Shown one piece after another: positions 1 through 12,271 of a stretch of DNA of 64,000 nucleotides (position 1 is its first letter; each line of letters begins with the position of its first letter). The translations under genes and the position numbers were made by a program. Under the pieces are notes generated by a model, which worked only from the letters and a program-made list of their open reading frames with translations, searched no databases and had not been told where the DNA came from. The stretch comes from Octopus vulgaris (taxonomy: Eukaryota): contig OX597818.1 in the NCBI GenBank assembly GCA_951406725.2, positions 92,814,001 through 92,878,000 on the forward strand, written 5' to 3'.

Positions 1-177
1 TGAAGAACACATGCGCTAGGTTCCGGAGCCATCTTGAGGTCATGGTAGAAGCTGAGGGCGGCTACTTTGAATACACTGTTATCGCCTAGCCATAATCTAA
101 TATTATTTTTTAGTTTTGGATAGCATATTGTGTTTTCTTTTGCTTTTATGTAAACTGTCAAATTTAGCTCGAACACC

Positions 178-180
<3 letters not shown>
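1..180 (+). mobile_element. 3' end of a Tc1/mariner-superfamily transposase remnant, truncated by the window edge
   Basis: Bases 3-71 translate to KNTCARFRSHLEVMVEAEGGYFE, matching the C-terminal 'C..F..RL..V..A.GG.FE' motif of Tc1/mariner transposases. The element end is approximate. Confidence 0.6.
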
Positions 181-265
<85 letters not shown>

Positions 266-390
266 TCTGCCTGTCTGCCTGACTGTCTGTCTGTCTGTCT
301 GTGTGCTTGCATAAATGCATACATACATATATAATAACAATAATAATAACAACAACAACAACAACAACAACAACAATAATAATAATTATT
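177..390. repeat. Compound microsatellite (TATC)n/(TGTC)n, then (AAT)n/(AAC)n
   Basis: Directly visible. Confidence 0.95.
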
Positions 391-465
391 AAGCAATTTA
401 TAATTAATAATTTTACCAAGTAGCTCTGTATGTTAAAAGAACCATTATCGGTAACCTTATACAAC

Positions 466-684
466 AATTCTATAATTATAAGCATAATTATAATTAGGGT
501 TTAGTAAAATTGTTTCACCACATACCAAAATTTTGAAATAGCAGTTAAATACTATTCTACTACCATAAAATATCTCCCAGACAGCTTATGGTAGCAGAAT
601 AGTATTCAACTGCTATTTCTAAATTTCGGTATGTTGTGAAGCAATATTGCTGAACCCTAATTGTAATTATGCTTATAATTATAG

Positions 685-688
<4 letters not shown>
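466..688. repeat. Imperfect inverted repeat (foldback), ~103-bp arms, 17-bp loop
   Basis: 466-568 is the reverse complement of 586-688 with 10 mismatches. Confidence 0.9.
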
Positions 689-747
<59 letters not shown>

Positions 748-836
748 TTAATAATAAATATTAGGGAATAAATCCACACTTACAGGGAAAAATCAGATTT
801 AGGATTGAATCCAATTTTATAGTAAAATATTATATT

Positions 837-1316
837 ATATTAAATTAGAGATAAAACCACTATTAGGCAAATCATACAATGAAAAACTTAAGCCAATACA
901 TAAGATTATTTAATTTATATTATTTAAATATATAACAAAATTATTAGAAAAATATAATTAATATAACACTACGATCGTTTCATGGCTGTTAATTTCTTTA
1001 AATTTTCGAGTTACAGTCATTCATCAGGTGGTTTAAATATTTAACTTGGCGAGGTTTAATCAATGAACTAAAATTTTGAATCAAAATTTTAATTCATTGA
1101 TTAAACCTCGCCAAGTTAAATATTTAAACCACCTGATGAATGACTGTAACTCGAAAATTTAAAGAAATTAACAGCCATGAAACGATCGTAGTGTTATATT
1201 AATTATATTTTTCTAATAATTTTGTTATATATTTAAATAATATAAATTAAATAATCTTATGTATTGGCTTAAGTTTTTCATTGTATGATTTGCCTAATAG
1301 TGGTTTTATCTCTAAT

Positions 1317-1323
<7 letters not shown>
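837..1323. repeat. Near-perfect 487-bp palindrome (243-bp arms, 1-nt loop at 1080), probably a Penelope-like pLTR foldback
   Basis: Arms compared base by base show one mismatch (1068/1092). Each arm carries a hammerhead motif. (TA)n lies on both sides. Confidence 0.9.
1128..1195 (+). ncRNA. Minimal type I hammerhead ribozyme motif (mirror copy at 965-1032 on minus)
   Basis: cac-CTGATGA(1133-1139)-atgactgt...acagccat-GAAA-cgatcg-TA-gtg. The core is intact, stem II has 7/8 pairs, stem III is palindromic, and stem I is short. Confidence 0.7.
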
Positions 1324-1347
<24 letters not shown>

Positions 1348-1581
1348 ACATCGCATCTATCCAGCCAGCTATACATCCATCAAAGACACGCCTCGTCCTC
1401 AGTCTGTCTTTCTATCTATATCTGGGTAGCATACCCGCCGCCCAGCCCCTCCAACGAAGATGTTACTTAATCCCAGGCTAACCCCTATTCACCTGACTAT
1501 CCTGTCTTTCACTAACGTAATACTTTATTTGTTCCACGTCCTCGCGTTGCTGTGTTTTTTTGTGTTTTCTTGTTTGGATTA

Positions 1582-1724
<143 letters not shown>

Positions 1725-1911
1725 ATGTGCTCCTCAATGTGTCCTCTTTTCAGAACACAGTAGGGTGTAATTTGTAAGCGATTTAGTTGCAATTTCTTGC
1801 ATGGCAGATAATCAGGCATGTATTTTACTACCTGTGTAGTATGCGCGCGTGTGTGTGTGTGTGTGTTGTTTTTTTTTGTGTGTGTTGTGTGTGTGTGTGT
1901 GTGTGTGTGTG

Positions 1912-1965
<54 letters not shown>

Positions 1966-2016
1966 TGTATGTATGTATGTATGTATATATGTATGTATAA
2001 AAAAATTATATATATA

Positions 2017-3321
2017 TGAGGAGGTACCCAAAAGAAACAGGAATTTTGCAATACTATTTTATTCACTTAGTTTTACATGTTTACACTTTTATTACCTTCA
2101 AAGTATTCTCCATTTGAAGTTATGCATCGGTCCAAACGTGTTTTCCAAAGTTCGAAGCAGTCCTGGAACTCTTGGTAAGTGATACCTTTACACGCCGCCG
2201 TCGTGTTCTGTGTGTTTTTGCTTTTTTTTTTTTTTTTCTTTTCTTCACCTCTTCCACATCTTCAAATTCTGTAGCACCAGCTTTCGTCACCAGTGATGAC
2301 CTTCGAAAAAAGGTCTGGATCAACTTCCAGCTGTTCTTTCAGTTCACAACATGCATTCAGTCGTGACTGCTTTTGATCTGTGAGCAAGTGAGGCACAGAT
2401 TTTAAGTTAAGTTAATTTTGGGGCTCAAAAAGCAAAAGCAAGGCCATGTAGGGGAAATGGAGTTATGTACAGGGAGGGTATTCATGCAAAGAGTTCAGGC
2501 CACTTCTGGTCAAGAGAGTCTTTGAACCGAGCGGTCGTTGGCATCTTCACTATCTCGTCCGGCAGCTTATTCCACGGATCCGCAACCCGGACGGAGAAAG
2601 ATAGAGCTTTTCGGGGTGACCCCACAGCCGACGCACTGGAGCAAGAGTGAAGAACAGCTCTTTCGAGAGGTTACACTTTCCGCTTATGATGTTGTGAATG
2701 AGAATGAGATCAGCACGGCGTCGTCGTTTTTCTAGAGAATAAAGGTTGAGCGGCCTTTCTTCATAAGACAAATGCTTGAGACCTAGAACCATGCGGGTAG
2801 CCATTCTTTCATTCTCAATTCCTCGCTCAAAATTCGTTGACAGAAGATCGACAACACACCAGTCATATCAATAAGTTAGTCAATTGTTGGGTGACGCTCC
2901 TCCAAGATTAGTTCAGAAATGTTCATGGTATTTTCAATCGTTCAGGGGGTCTACGGTCGCCTTGAACGAGGTTGGTCTTCAAGCAACGAGTGATCATTCC
3001 TAAAGCGTGGAAACCAATCCGTAAACTTGTGTTTTGCTCATGGCAGCATCCGTGTAAGCTATTTAAGCATTAAAACTGTTTCGGCCGCCATTTTCCCTTG
3101 CAGAAAACAGAATTTCACGGTTGTACGTTGTTCCTTCGTTTCAGCCATCGCAAAAATCGACGAACAAAGGAAAAGCACTGCAAAACAAACTTAACCCGAC
3201 GACGCCGGTCGGCAGATTGATGCCTGAGGGTCACATCAAGTGGCTTCTAGAGGCGGAAGCCCGAACTACAACAGGCTTGTCCTACATAGGACGTTTCCGG
3301 TTACTTTTGGGTACCTCCTCG
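2017..3321 (-). mobile_element. Internally deleted mariner element with a nested CR1 fragment
   Basis: TIRs gaggaggtacccaaaag(a/t)aac(a/c)ggaa at both ends with flanking TA. Minus-strand transposase remnants: MAETKEQRTTVKFCF (ATG at 3148), DPDLFSKVITGDESWCY, FQDCFELWKTRLDRCITSNGEYFEG. The central catalytic region is deleted. Confidence 0.85.
2402..2804 (-). mobile_element. 5'-truncated CR1-clade LINE 3' end inserted in the mariner
   Basis: ATRMVLGLKHLSYEER..LYSLEKRRRRADLI...FSVRVADPWNKLP is the CR1 ORF2 C-terminus. A short (TAACT)-like tail is present. It interrupts the mariner ORF just before the VPHLLT motif. Confidence 0.8.
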
Positions 3322-3373
3322 TACATACATGCAGGCATACATACATACATACATACATGCATACATTCTTTTA

Positions 3374-3576
3374 TTATTTTATTTGTTTCAGTCATCTGGC
3401 TGCAGACATGCTGGAGCACCGCCTTGAAGGGGTTTTAGCCGAACAAATCGACCTAAGGACTTATTTTTTAAGCTTAGTACTTATTCTATCGGCCCCTTTT
3501 GCCAAACCTCTAAGTTACGGGGATGTAAACATACCAACACCGATTATCAAGCAGAGGTGGGGGGACAAACACAGAT
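3374..3576 (-). mobile_element. 3' half of SINE family A
   Basis: Reverse complement of the body and tail seen at 20277-20490 and 40290-40430. Confidence 0.7.
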
Positions 3577-3578
3577 AC

Positions 3579-3624
<46 letters not shown>

Positions 3625-3654
3625 TCACACACAAACGCTCGCGCGCGAGTGTCT

Positions 3655-4640
3655 GTCTGTACAGAAACAGAATTAAAGTAGATGAGATGTAGTTTGGTTT
3701 CGTATTTGGGAAGAGTACCACAGATGTCATCTTCCTAATGAGACAACTGCAGGAAAAGTATTTGGCCAAAGGTAAGCCATTGTACTTAGCTTTCGTCGAC
3801 CTCGAGAAAGCTTTCGACAGTCTCCCGCAAAACCTGTAATCAAAGGGCCTCAAATTTAACCTAACAAAAACCAAAGCTGTTGTTAGCAAGAAAGAAGATA
3901 AATGGCCTTGCTCAGTATGTAGGAAAGGTGTTGGAAGTATTTCCATTCAGTGCACCCAGTGAAAGCTATGTACACATAAGAGATGCCGTGGAATCACAGG
4001 TAGATTAATACATAAAGTCGCCTTCGTATGTGAAAGATGTGCAGGAACTACAAGCACTAAGAGCACATTGGACATAGATTCTCTCAAATGCTCAGGAGGC
4101 TCTCTTGGGGTTGTAGATAGTTTCTGTTACCTAGGTGACCAAATTAGCAATGGTGGAGGTTGTTCTGAAAATATTGTTTCTCGAATAAGAATAGGACGGA
4201 GGAAGTTCAGAGAACTATTACCTCTGTTGGCAACAAAAGGTCACTCTCTTAGAGAGAAAGGTAGACTATATGATGCTTGTATGCGAACGGCTATACTCTA
4301 TGGTAGTGAGACATGGCCTCTTAATGCCGAAGACATGTATTGACTGGAATGAAATGAAGGCTGTATGCACTGCTGGATGTGCAACATAAGTATGCATGTA
4401 CGACAAAGTGCAAACATATTTGGAGAAAAGTTGAGCTTAAGAGGAATGAAATGCAGTATGCAAGACAGAAGACTACGTTGGTTTGGATATGTGCTGCGTA
4501 TGTACGAAGACAGCTGTGTAAAGAAGCACCGATCACTGAAAGAGGAGGGTACGCGTGGAAGAGGGAGACCCAGGAAGACAAGGGATGAAGTGGTAAGGAC
4601 TGATCTCAGGATGTTGAACCTCACAGAAAAGATCCACTTG
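3655..4640 (+). mobile_element. Degenerate RTE-clade LINE ORF2 fragment
   Basis: TTDVIFLMRQLQEKY..LYLAFVDLEKAFD (RT), KWPCSVCRKGVG Cys-rich insert, FCYLGD, ILYGSETW, RRLRWFGYVLRM, RGRGRPRK. It contains stops, frameshifts and an internal deletion. Confidence 0.85.
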
Positions 4641-4837
4641 AAGTAAATAAAGCTATAGATAATAACGTGGGAAATATTGGGTCATAAAATAGCTTGGATG
4701 AAAAAAAGTTCACTGGCAGCCTTCTAATTTTCCAAACAAAGGTTTTTTTTTTCAACCGATGTTCTTCACGCTTTTATTTGTAGCTTTAATTACTTCGAGG
4801 TCCCTCGTTAAAAAATAATTATTTCACACTTTGTGAG

Positions 4838-5110
4838 TGTATGTATGTATGTATGTATGTATGTATGTATGTATGCATGTATGTATGTATGCATGAATGT
4901 ATGTATGTATGTATGCATGCATGCATGCATGTATGTATGTATGCATGCATGCATGTATGTATGTATGAATGCATGCATGCATGCATGCATGCATGTATGT
5001 ATGTATGTATGTATGCATGCATGCATGCATGCATGTATGTATGTATGTATGTATGTATGTATGCATGTATGTATGCACACATATACACATACATACATAA
5101 ACATACATAT
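4838..5110. repeat. (ATGT)n/(ATGC)n microsatellite
   Basis: Directly visible. Confidence 0.95.
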
Positions 5111-5633
5111 ACAGAGAAAGAAGATGAGGAACGGAGGGAGGAGTGAGTGAAAAAAATGGCAGGAGAAAGTTAAGTTGATTTTTCTGCTGTGCTACCACTA
5201 ATGACTTGGCATGCACTTTTAAACACGAGCATTTAAATAGACAAATGTGCACCAAGCAGAATTTATTCAATGACATTGATAAACTTGCTCTTAATTAGGG
5301 TGACACGTGATGAGGATGTGTAACATTTTGAAATGGACACTTATTTAAAAAAACTGAAATTGCCTTAAAACTATGTTACTTAGTGATTTGTCCTGACTGA
5401 AAAAACGTGACGCTTTACATTCTTTCGTAGCATACCATTTCCGCAGAAAGGAATATGAGGTCTCGGTGATTTTAGGCTGATTTCTCGTTTATAAGTAAGT
5501 TTGAATGCTCACTTATATATTTATACATTGCTGCTTGCTGGTTAATTACGATACATCCTCTAAAGGCGGAGATATATTAATAAATCAAGAATTTATGTTC
5601 TATGGTATTTGATATAGTGGTATTTGTCGACAG

Positions 5634-8600
5634 ATAAACCTCAACACCCGGTCGGAGGCGCGCAACAGAAACCGTCTAAATACTTCTCATGCTATGTGTA
5701 TACAACAAATATCGAGAAAAAAATGCGCGCTGACAAACGGGGGCGTGGGGAGGGGGCTCGGAAAATACCCACGATCAACCGTAGAGGATCCGAGCAATAA
5801 ACCTCAACACCCGGTCGCAGGTGCGCAACAGAAACCGTCTAAATACTTCTCAGGCAATGAATATACAACAAATATCGAGAGAAAAAATACGCGCTGACAA
5901 ACGGGGGCGTGGGGATGGGGCTCGGAAAGTACCCACGATCAACCGTAGAGGATCCGAGCAATAAACCTCAACACCCGGTCGCAGGAGCGCAACAGAAACC
6001 GTCTAAATACTTCTCATGCAATGTGTATACAACAAATATCAAGAAAAAAATGCGCGATGACACACGGGGGCGTGGAGACTGGGCTCAGAAAATACCCACG
6101 ATCAACCGTAGAGGATCCGAGCAATAAACCTCAACACCCGGTCGCAGGAACGCAACAGAAACCATCTAAATACTTCTCATGCAATGTATATACAACAAAT
6201 ATCGAGAAACAAATGCGCGCTGACAAACGGGGGCGTGGGGAGTGGGCTCGGAAAATACCCACGATCAACTGTAGAGGATCCGCGCCCAAGTGGCAAAAAT
6301 GGAAAAAAAATTGTAACAGGTGTAAGGCATCGTATATTGAAGGAAAATGACGAAAAAAAAGCGCGCTGACAAACGGGTGGGGGTGGGGAGAGGGCTCGGA
6401 AAATTCCCACGATCAACCGTAGAGGATCCGAGCAATAAACCTCAACGCCCGGTCGCAGGAGCGCAGCAGAAACAGTCTAAATACTTCTCATGCAATGTAT
6501 ATACAACAAATATCGAGAAAAAAATGCGCGCTGACAAACGGGGGCGTGGGGAGGGGGCTCGGAAAATACCCACGATCAACCGTAAAGGATCCGAGCAATA
6601 AACCTTAACACCCGCTCGCAGGAGCGCAACAGAAACCGTCTAAATACTTCTCATGCAATGTGTATACAACAAATATCAAGAATAAAATGCGCGCTGACAA
6701 ACGGGGGCCCGGAAAATACCCACGATCAACCGTAGAGGATCCCAGCAATAAACCTCAACACCCGGTCGCAGGAGCGCAACAGAAACCGTCTAAATACTTC
6801 TCATGCAATGTATATACAACAAATATCAAGAAAAAAGCGCGCTGACAAACGGGGGCGTGGGGAGGGGGCTCGGAAAATACCCACGATCAACCGTAGAGGA
6901 TCCCAGCAATAAACCTCAACACCCGGTCGCAGGCGCGCAACAGAAACCGTCTAAATACTTCTCATGCTATGTGTATACAACAAATATCGAGAAAAAAATG
7001 CGCGCTGACAAACGGGGGCGTGGGGAGGGGGCTCGGAAAATACACACGATCATCCGTAGAGGATCCGAGCAATAAACCTCAACACCAGGTCGCAGGAGCG
7101 CAACAGAAACCGTCTAAATACTTCTCATGCAATGTATATACGACAAATATCGAGAAAAAAATGCCCGCTGACAAACGGGGGCGTGAGGAGGGGGCTCGGA
7201 AAATACCCACGATCAACCGTAGAGGATCCGAGCAATAAACCTCAACACCCGGTCGCAGGAGCGCAACAGAAACCGTCTAAATACTTCTCATGCAATGTGT
7301 ATACAACAAATATCAAGAAAAAAATGCGCGCTGACAGACAGGGGCGTGGGGAGAGGTCTCAGAAAATACCCACGATTAACCGTTGAGGATCCGAGCAATA
7401 AACCTCAACACCCGGTCGCTGGCGCGCAACAGAAACCGTCTAAATACTTCTCATGCAATGTATATACAAGAAATATCGAGAAAAAATGCGCGCTGAAAAA
7501 CGGGGGCGTGGGGAGGGGGCTCGGAAAATACCCACGATCAACCGTAGAGGATGCGAGCAATAAACCTCAACACCCGGTCGCAGGAGCGCAACAGAAACCG
7601 TCTAAATACTTCTCATGCAATGTGTATACAACAAATATCAAGAATAAAATGCGCGCTGACAAACGGGGGCGTGGGGAGGGGGCTCGGAAAATACCCACGA
7701 TCAACCGTAGAGGATCCGCGCCCAAGTGGCAAAAATGGGAAAAAAATTGTAACAGGTGTAAGGCATCGTATATTGAAGGAAAGTGACGAAAAAAAAGCGC
7801 GCTGACAAACGGGTGGGGGTGGGGAGAGGGCTCGGAAAATTCCCACGATCAACAGTAGAGGATCCGAGCAATAAACCTCAACACCCGGTCGCAGGCGCGC
7901 AACAGAAACCGTCTAAATACTTCTCATGCAATGTGTATACAACAAATATCGAGAAAAAAAAATGCGCGCTGACAACGGGGGCGTGGGGAGAGGCTCGGAA
8001 AATACCCACGATCAACCGTAGAGGATCCGAGCAATAAACCTCAACACCCGGTCGCAGGCGCGCAACAGAAACCGTCTAAATACTTCTCATGCTATGTGTA
8101 TACAACAAATATCGAGAAAAAAATGCGCGCTGACAAACGGGGGCGTGGGGAGGGGCCTAGGAAAATACCCACGATCAACCGTAGAGGATCCGAGCAATAA
8201 ACCTCAACACCCGGTCGCAGGTGCGCAACAGAAACCGTCTAAATACTTCTCAGGCAATGAATATACAACAAATATCGAGAAAAAAAATACGCGCTGACAA
8301 ACGGGGTCGTGGGGAGGGGGCTCGGAAAGTACCCACGATTAACCGTAGAGGATCCGAGCAATAAACCTCAACACCCGGTCGCAGGAGCGCAACAGAAACC
8401 GTCTAAATACTTCTCATGCAATGTGTATACAACAAATATCGAGAAACAAATGCGCGCTGACAAACGGGGGCGTGGAGAGTGGGCTCGAAAATACCCACGA
8501 TCAACTGTAGAGGATCCGCGCCCAAGTGGCAAAAATGGAAAAAAAATTGTAACAGGTGTAAGGCATCGTATATTGAAGGAAAATGACGAAAAAAAAGCGC

Positions 8601-10811
8601 GCTGACAAACGGGGTGGGTGGGGAGAGGGCTCGGAAAATAACCACGATCAACCGTAGAGGATCCGCGCCCAAGTGGCAAAAATGGAAAAAAAATTGTAAC
8701 AGGTGTAAGGCATCGTATATTGAAGGAAAATGACGAAAAAAAAGCGCGCTGACAAACGGGTGGGGGTGGGGAGAGGGCTCGGAAAATTCCCACGATCAAC
8801 CGTAGAGGATCCGAGCAATAAACCTCAACGCCCGGTCGCAGGAGCGCAGCAGAAACAGTCTAAATACTACTCATGCAATGTATATACAACAAGTATCGAG
8901 AAAAAAATGCGCGCTGACAATTGGGGGCGTGGGGAGGGGGCTCGGAAAATACCCACGATCAACCGTAATTGATCCGAGCAATAAACCTTAACACCCGCTA
9001 GCAGGAGCGCAACAGAAACCGTCTAAATACTTCTCATGCAATGTGTATACAACAAATATCAAGAATAAAATGCGCGCTGACAAACGGGGGCCCGGAAAAT
9101 ACCCACGATCAACCGTAGAGGATCCCAGCAATAAACCTCAACACCCGGTCGCAGGAGCGCAACAGAAACCGTCTAAATACTTCTCATGCAATGTATATAC
9201 AACAAATATCAAGAAAAAAAGCGCGCTGACAAACGGGGGCGTGGGGAGGGGGCTCGGAAAATACCCACGATCAACCGTAGAGGATCCCAGCAATAAACCT
9301 CAACACCCGGTCGCAGGCGCGCAACAGAAACCGTCTAAATACTTCTCATGCTATGTGTATACAACAAATATCGAGAAAAAAATGCGCGCTGACAAACGGG
9401 GGCGTGGGGAGGGGGCTCGGAAAATACACACGATCATCCGTAGAGGATCCGAGCAATAAACCTCAACACCAGGTCGCAGGAGCGCAACAGAAACCGTCTA
9501 AATACTTCTCATGCAATGTATATACGACAAATATCGAGAAAAAAATGCCCGCTGATAAACGGGGGCGTGAGGAGGGGGCTCGGAAAATACCCACGATCAA
9601 CCGTAGAGGATCCGAGCAATAAACCTCAACACCCGGTCGCAGGAGCGCAACAGAAACCGTCTAAATACTTCTCATGCAATGTGTATACAACAAATATCAA
9701 GAAAAAAATGCGCGCTGACAGACAGGGGCGTGGGGAGAGGTCTCAGAAAATACCCACGATTAACCGTTGAGGATCCGAGCAATAAACCTCAACACCCGGT
9801 CGCTAGCGCGCAACAGAAACCGTCTAAATACTTCTCATGCAATGTATATACAAGAAATATCGAGAAAAAAATGCGCGCTGAAAAACGGGGGCGTGGGGAG
9901 GGGGCTCGGAAAATACCCACGATCAACCGTAGAGGATGCGAGCAATAAACCTCAACACCCGGTCGCAGGAGCGCAACAGAAACCGTCTAAATACTTCTCA
10001 TACAATGTGTATACAACAAATATCAAGAATAAAATGCGCGCTGACAAACGGGGGCGCGGGGAGTGGGCTCGGAAAATACCCACGATCAACCGTAGAGGAT
10101 ACGCGCCCAAGTGGCAAAAATGGGAAAAAAATTGTAACAGGTGTAAGGCATCGTATATTGAAGGAAAGTGACGAAAAAAAAAGCGCGCTGACAAACGGGT
10201 GGGGGTGGGGAGAGGGCTCGGAAAATTCCCACGATCAACAGTAGAGGATCCGAGCAATAAACCTCAACGCCCGGTCGCAGGAGCGCAACAGAAACAGTCT
10301 AAATACTTCTCATGCAATGTATATACAACAAATATCGAGAAAAAAATGCGCGCTGACAACCGGGTGCGTGGGGAGGGGGCTCGGAAAATACCGACGATCA
10401 ACCGTAGAGGATCCGCGCCCAAGTGGCAAAAATGGAAAAATATATGTGTAACAGGTGTAAGGCAACGTATATTGAAGGAAAATGGCGAAAAAAAAGCGCG
10501 CTGACAAACGGGGGTGGGTTGGGGAGAGGGCTCGGAAAATTCCCACGATCAACCGTAGAGGATCCCAGCAATAAACCTCAACGCCCGGTCGCAGGAGCGC
10601 AACAGAAACAGTCTAAATACTTCTCATGCAATGTATATACAACAAATATCGAGAAAAAAATGCGCGCTGACAAACGGGTGCGTGGGGAGGGGGCTCGGAA
10701 AATACCCACGATCAACCGTAAAGGATCCGAGCAATAAACCTCAACACCCGGTCGCAGGAGCGCAACAGAAACCGTCTAAATACTTCTCATGCAATATATA
10801 TACAACAAATA
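5634..10811 (+). repeat. GC-rich satellite array, ~32 units of 163 bp (type A) and 146 bp (type B), with a ~2.4-kb higher-order repeat
   Basis: Recurring unit ...gcgcgctgacaaacgggggcgtggggagggggctcggaaaatacccacgatcaaccgtagaggatcc... Diagnostic variants recur at offsets of 2383-2400 bp (6347/8730, 6660/9043, 7295/9679). Confidence 0.97.
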
Positions 10812-10986
10812 TTGTTGGGTGGACAAACACACACACACACATATATATACAAATATACGACGGGATCTTAAAGGTTCCGTCTACCAAACCCACTCACAAG
10901 GCTTTTGCTGGCTCGAGGCTATAGTAGAAGACTCTTGACCAAGGTACCACGCAGTGGGACTGAACCCAGAACCATGTGGTTGGTGA
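10812..10986 (-). mobile_element. SINE family A, 5'-truncated, left arm of a foldback
   Basis: Reverse complement of 11100-11276, with shared private substitutions. Confidence 0.85.
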
Positions 10987-11071
10987 AAGTTACAAAAAAA
11001 TATGAGTTTTGTCGATAAGTGTGTTCGAGGAAACAGCGTTGGCAGGGTTTAGAAGAGATGTGTTCGAGAAA

Positions 11072-11276
11072 GAGTGGATGGCTGTGTGGTAAGTAGCTTC
11101 CTCACCAACCACATTGTTCCGGGTTCAGTCCCACTGCGTGGTACCTTGGTCAAGTGTCTTCTACTATAGCCCCGAGCCAGCAAAAGCCTTGTGAGTGGGT
11201 TTGGTAGACGGAACCTTTAAGAAGCCCGTCCTATATATGTATATATATGTGTGTGTGTGTGTTTGTCCACCCAACA
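11072..11276 (+). mobile_element. SINE family A (tRNA-derived head), 3'-truncated at the satellite junction
   Basis: A-box-like tggctgtgtggtaag, B-box-like gggttcagtccc, followed by a ccttgg(g)caagtg body. Confidence 0.85.
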
Positions 11277-12241
11277 ATATTTGTTGTATATACATTGCAT
11301 GAGAAGTATTTAGACGGTTTCTGTTGCGCGTCTGCGCCCGGGTGTTGAGGTTTATTGCTCGGATCCTCTACGGTTGATCGTGGGTATTTTCCGAGCCTCC
11401 TCCCCACGCCCCCGTTTGTCAGCGCGCATTTTTTCGCGATATTTGTTGTATATACATTGCATGAGAAGTATTTAGACGGTTTCTGTTGCGCTCCTGCGAC
11501 CGGGTGTTGAGGTTTATTGCTCGGATCCTCTACGGTTGATCGTGGGAATTTTCCGAGCCCCCTCCCCACGCCCCCGTTTGTCAGTGCGCATTTTTTTCTC
11601 GATATTTGTTGTATATACATTGCATGAGAAGTATTTAGACGGTTTCTGTTGCGCGCCTGCGACCGGGTGTTGAGGTTTATTGCTCGGATCCTCTACGGTT
11701 GATCGTGGGAATTTTCCGAGCCCCCTCCCCACGCCCCCGTTTGTCAGTGCGCATTGTTTTTCTCGATATTTCTTGTATATACATTGCATGAGAAGTATTT
11801 AGACGGTTTCTGTTGCGCGCCTGCGACCGGGTGTTGAGGTTTATTGCTGGGATCCTCTACGGTTGATCGTGGGTATTTTCCGAGCCTCCTCCCACGCCCC
11901 CGATTGTCAGCGCGCATTTATTCTTGATATTCGTTGTATACACATTGCATGAGAAGTATTTAGACGGTTTCTGTTGCGCGCCTGCGACCGGGTGTTGAGG
12001 TTTATTGCTCGGATCCTCTACGGTTGATCGTGGGAATTTTCCGAGCCCTCTCCCCACCCACCCCCGTTTGTCAGCGCGCTTTTTTTTCGTCATTTTCCTT
12101 CAATATACGATGCCTTACACCTTTTACACATATTTTTTTCCATTTTTGCCACTTGGGCGCGGATCCTCTACGGTTGATCATGGGAATTTTCCGAGCCCCC
12201 TCCCCCCCCCCCCCGTTTCTCAGCGCGCTTTTTTTTCGTCA
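11277..12241 (-). repeat. Inverted arm of the 163/146-bp satellite (~6 units)
   Basis: Reverse complement of the satellite unit, including one type B unit at ~12085-12160. Confidence 0.97.
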
Positions 12242-12271
12242 TATCTATATATGGATCTATATATTAACCGA

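Noticed and set aside
11072-11145. tRNA genes at SINE heads (families A and B)
   Set aside because: A/B boxes are present, but there is no complete cloverleaf and each runs into a SINE body.
5634-12241. CRISPR array, or protein-coding repeat ORFs, in the satellite
   Set aside because: Only two spacer types recur, there are no cas genes, and the context is eukaryotic. The ORFs shift frame with every A-tract length change.
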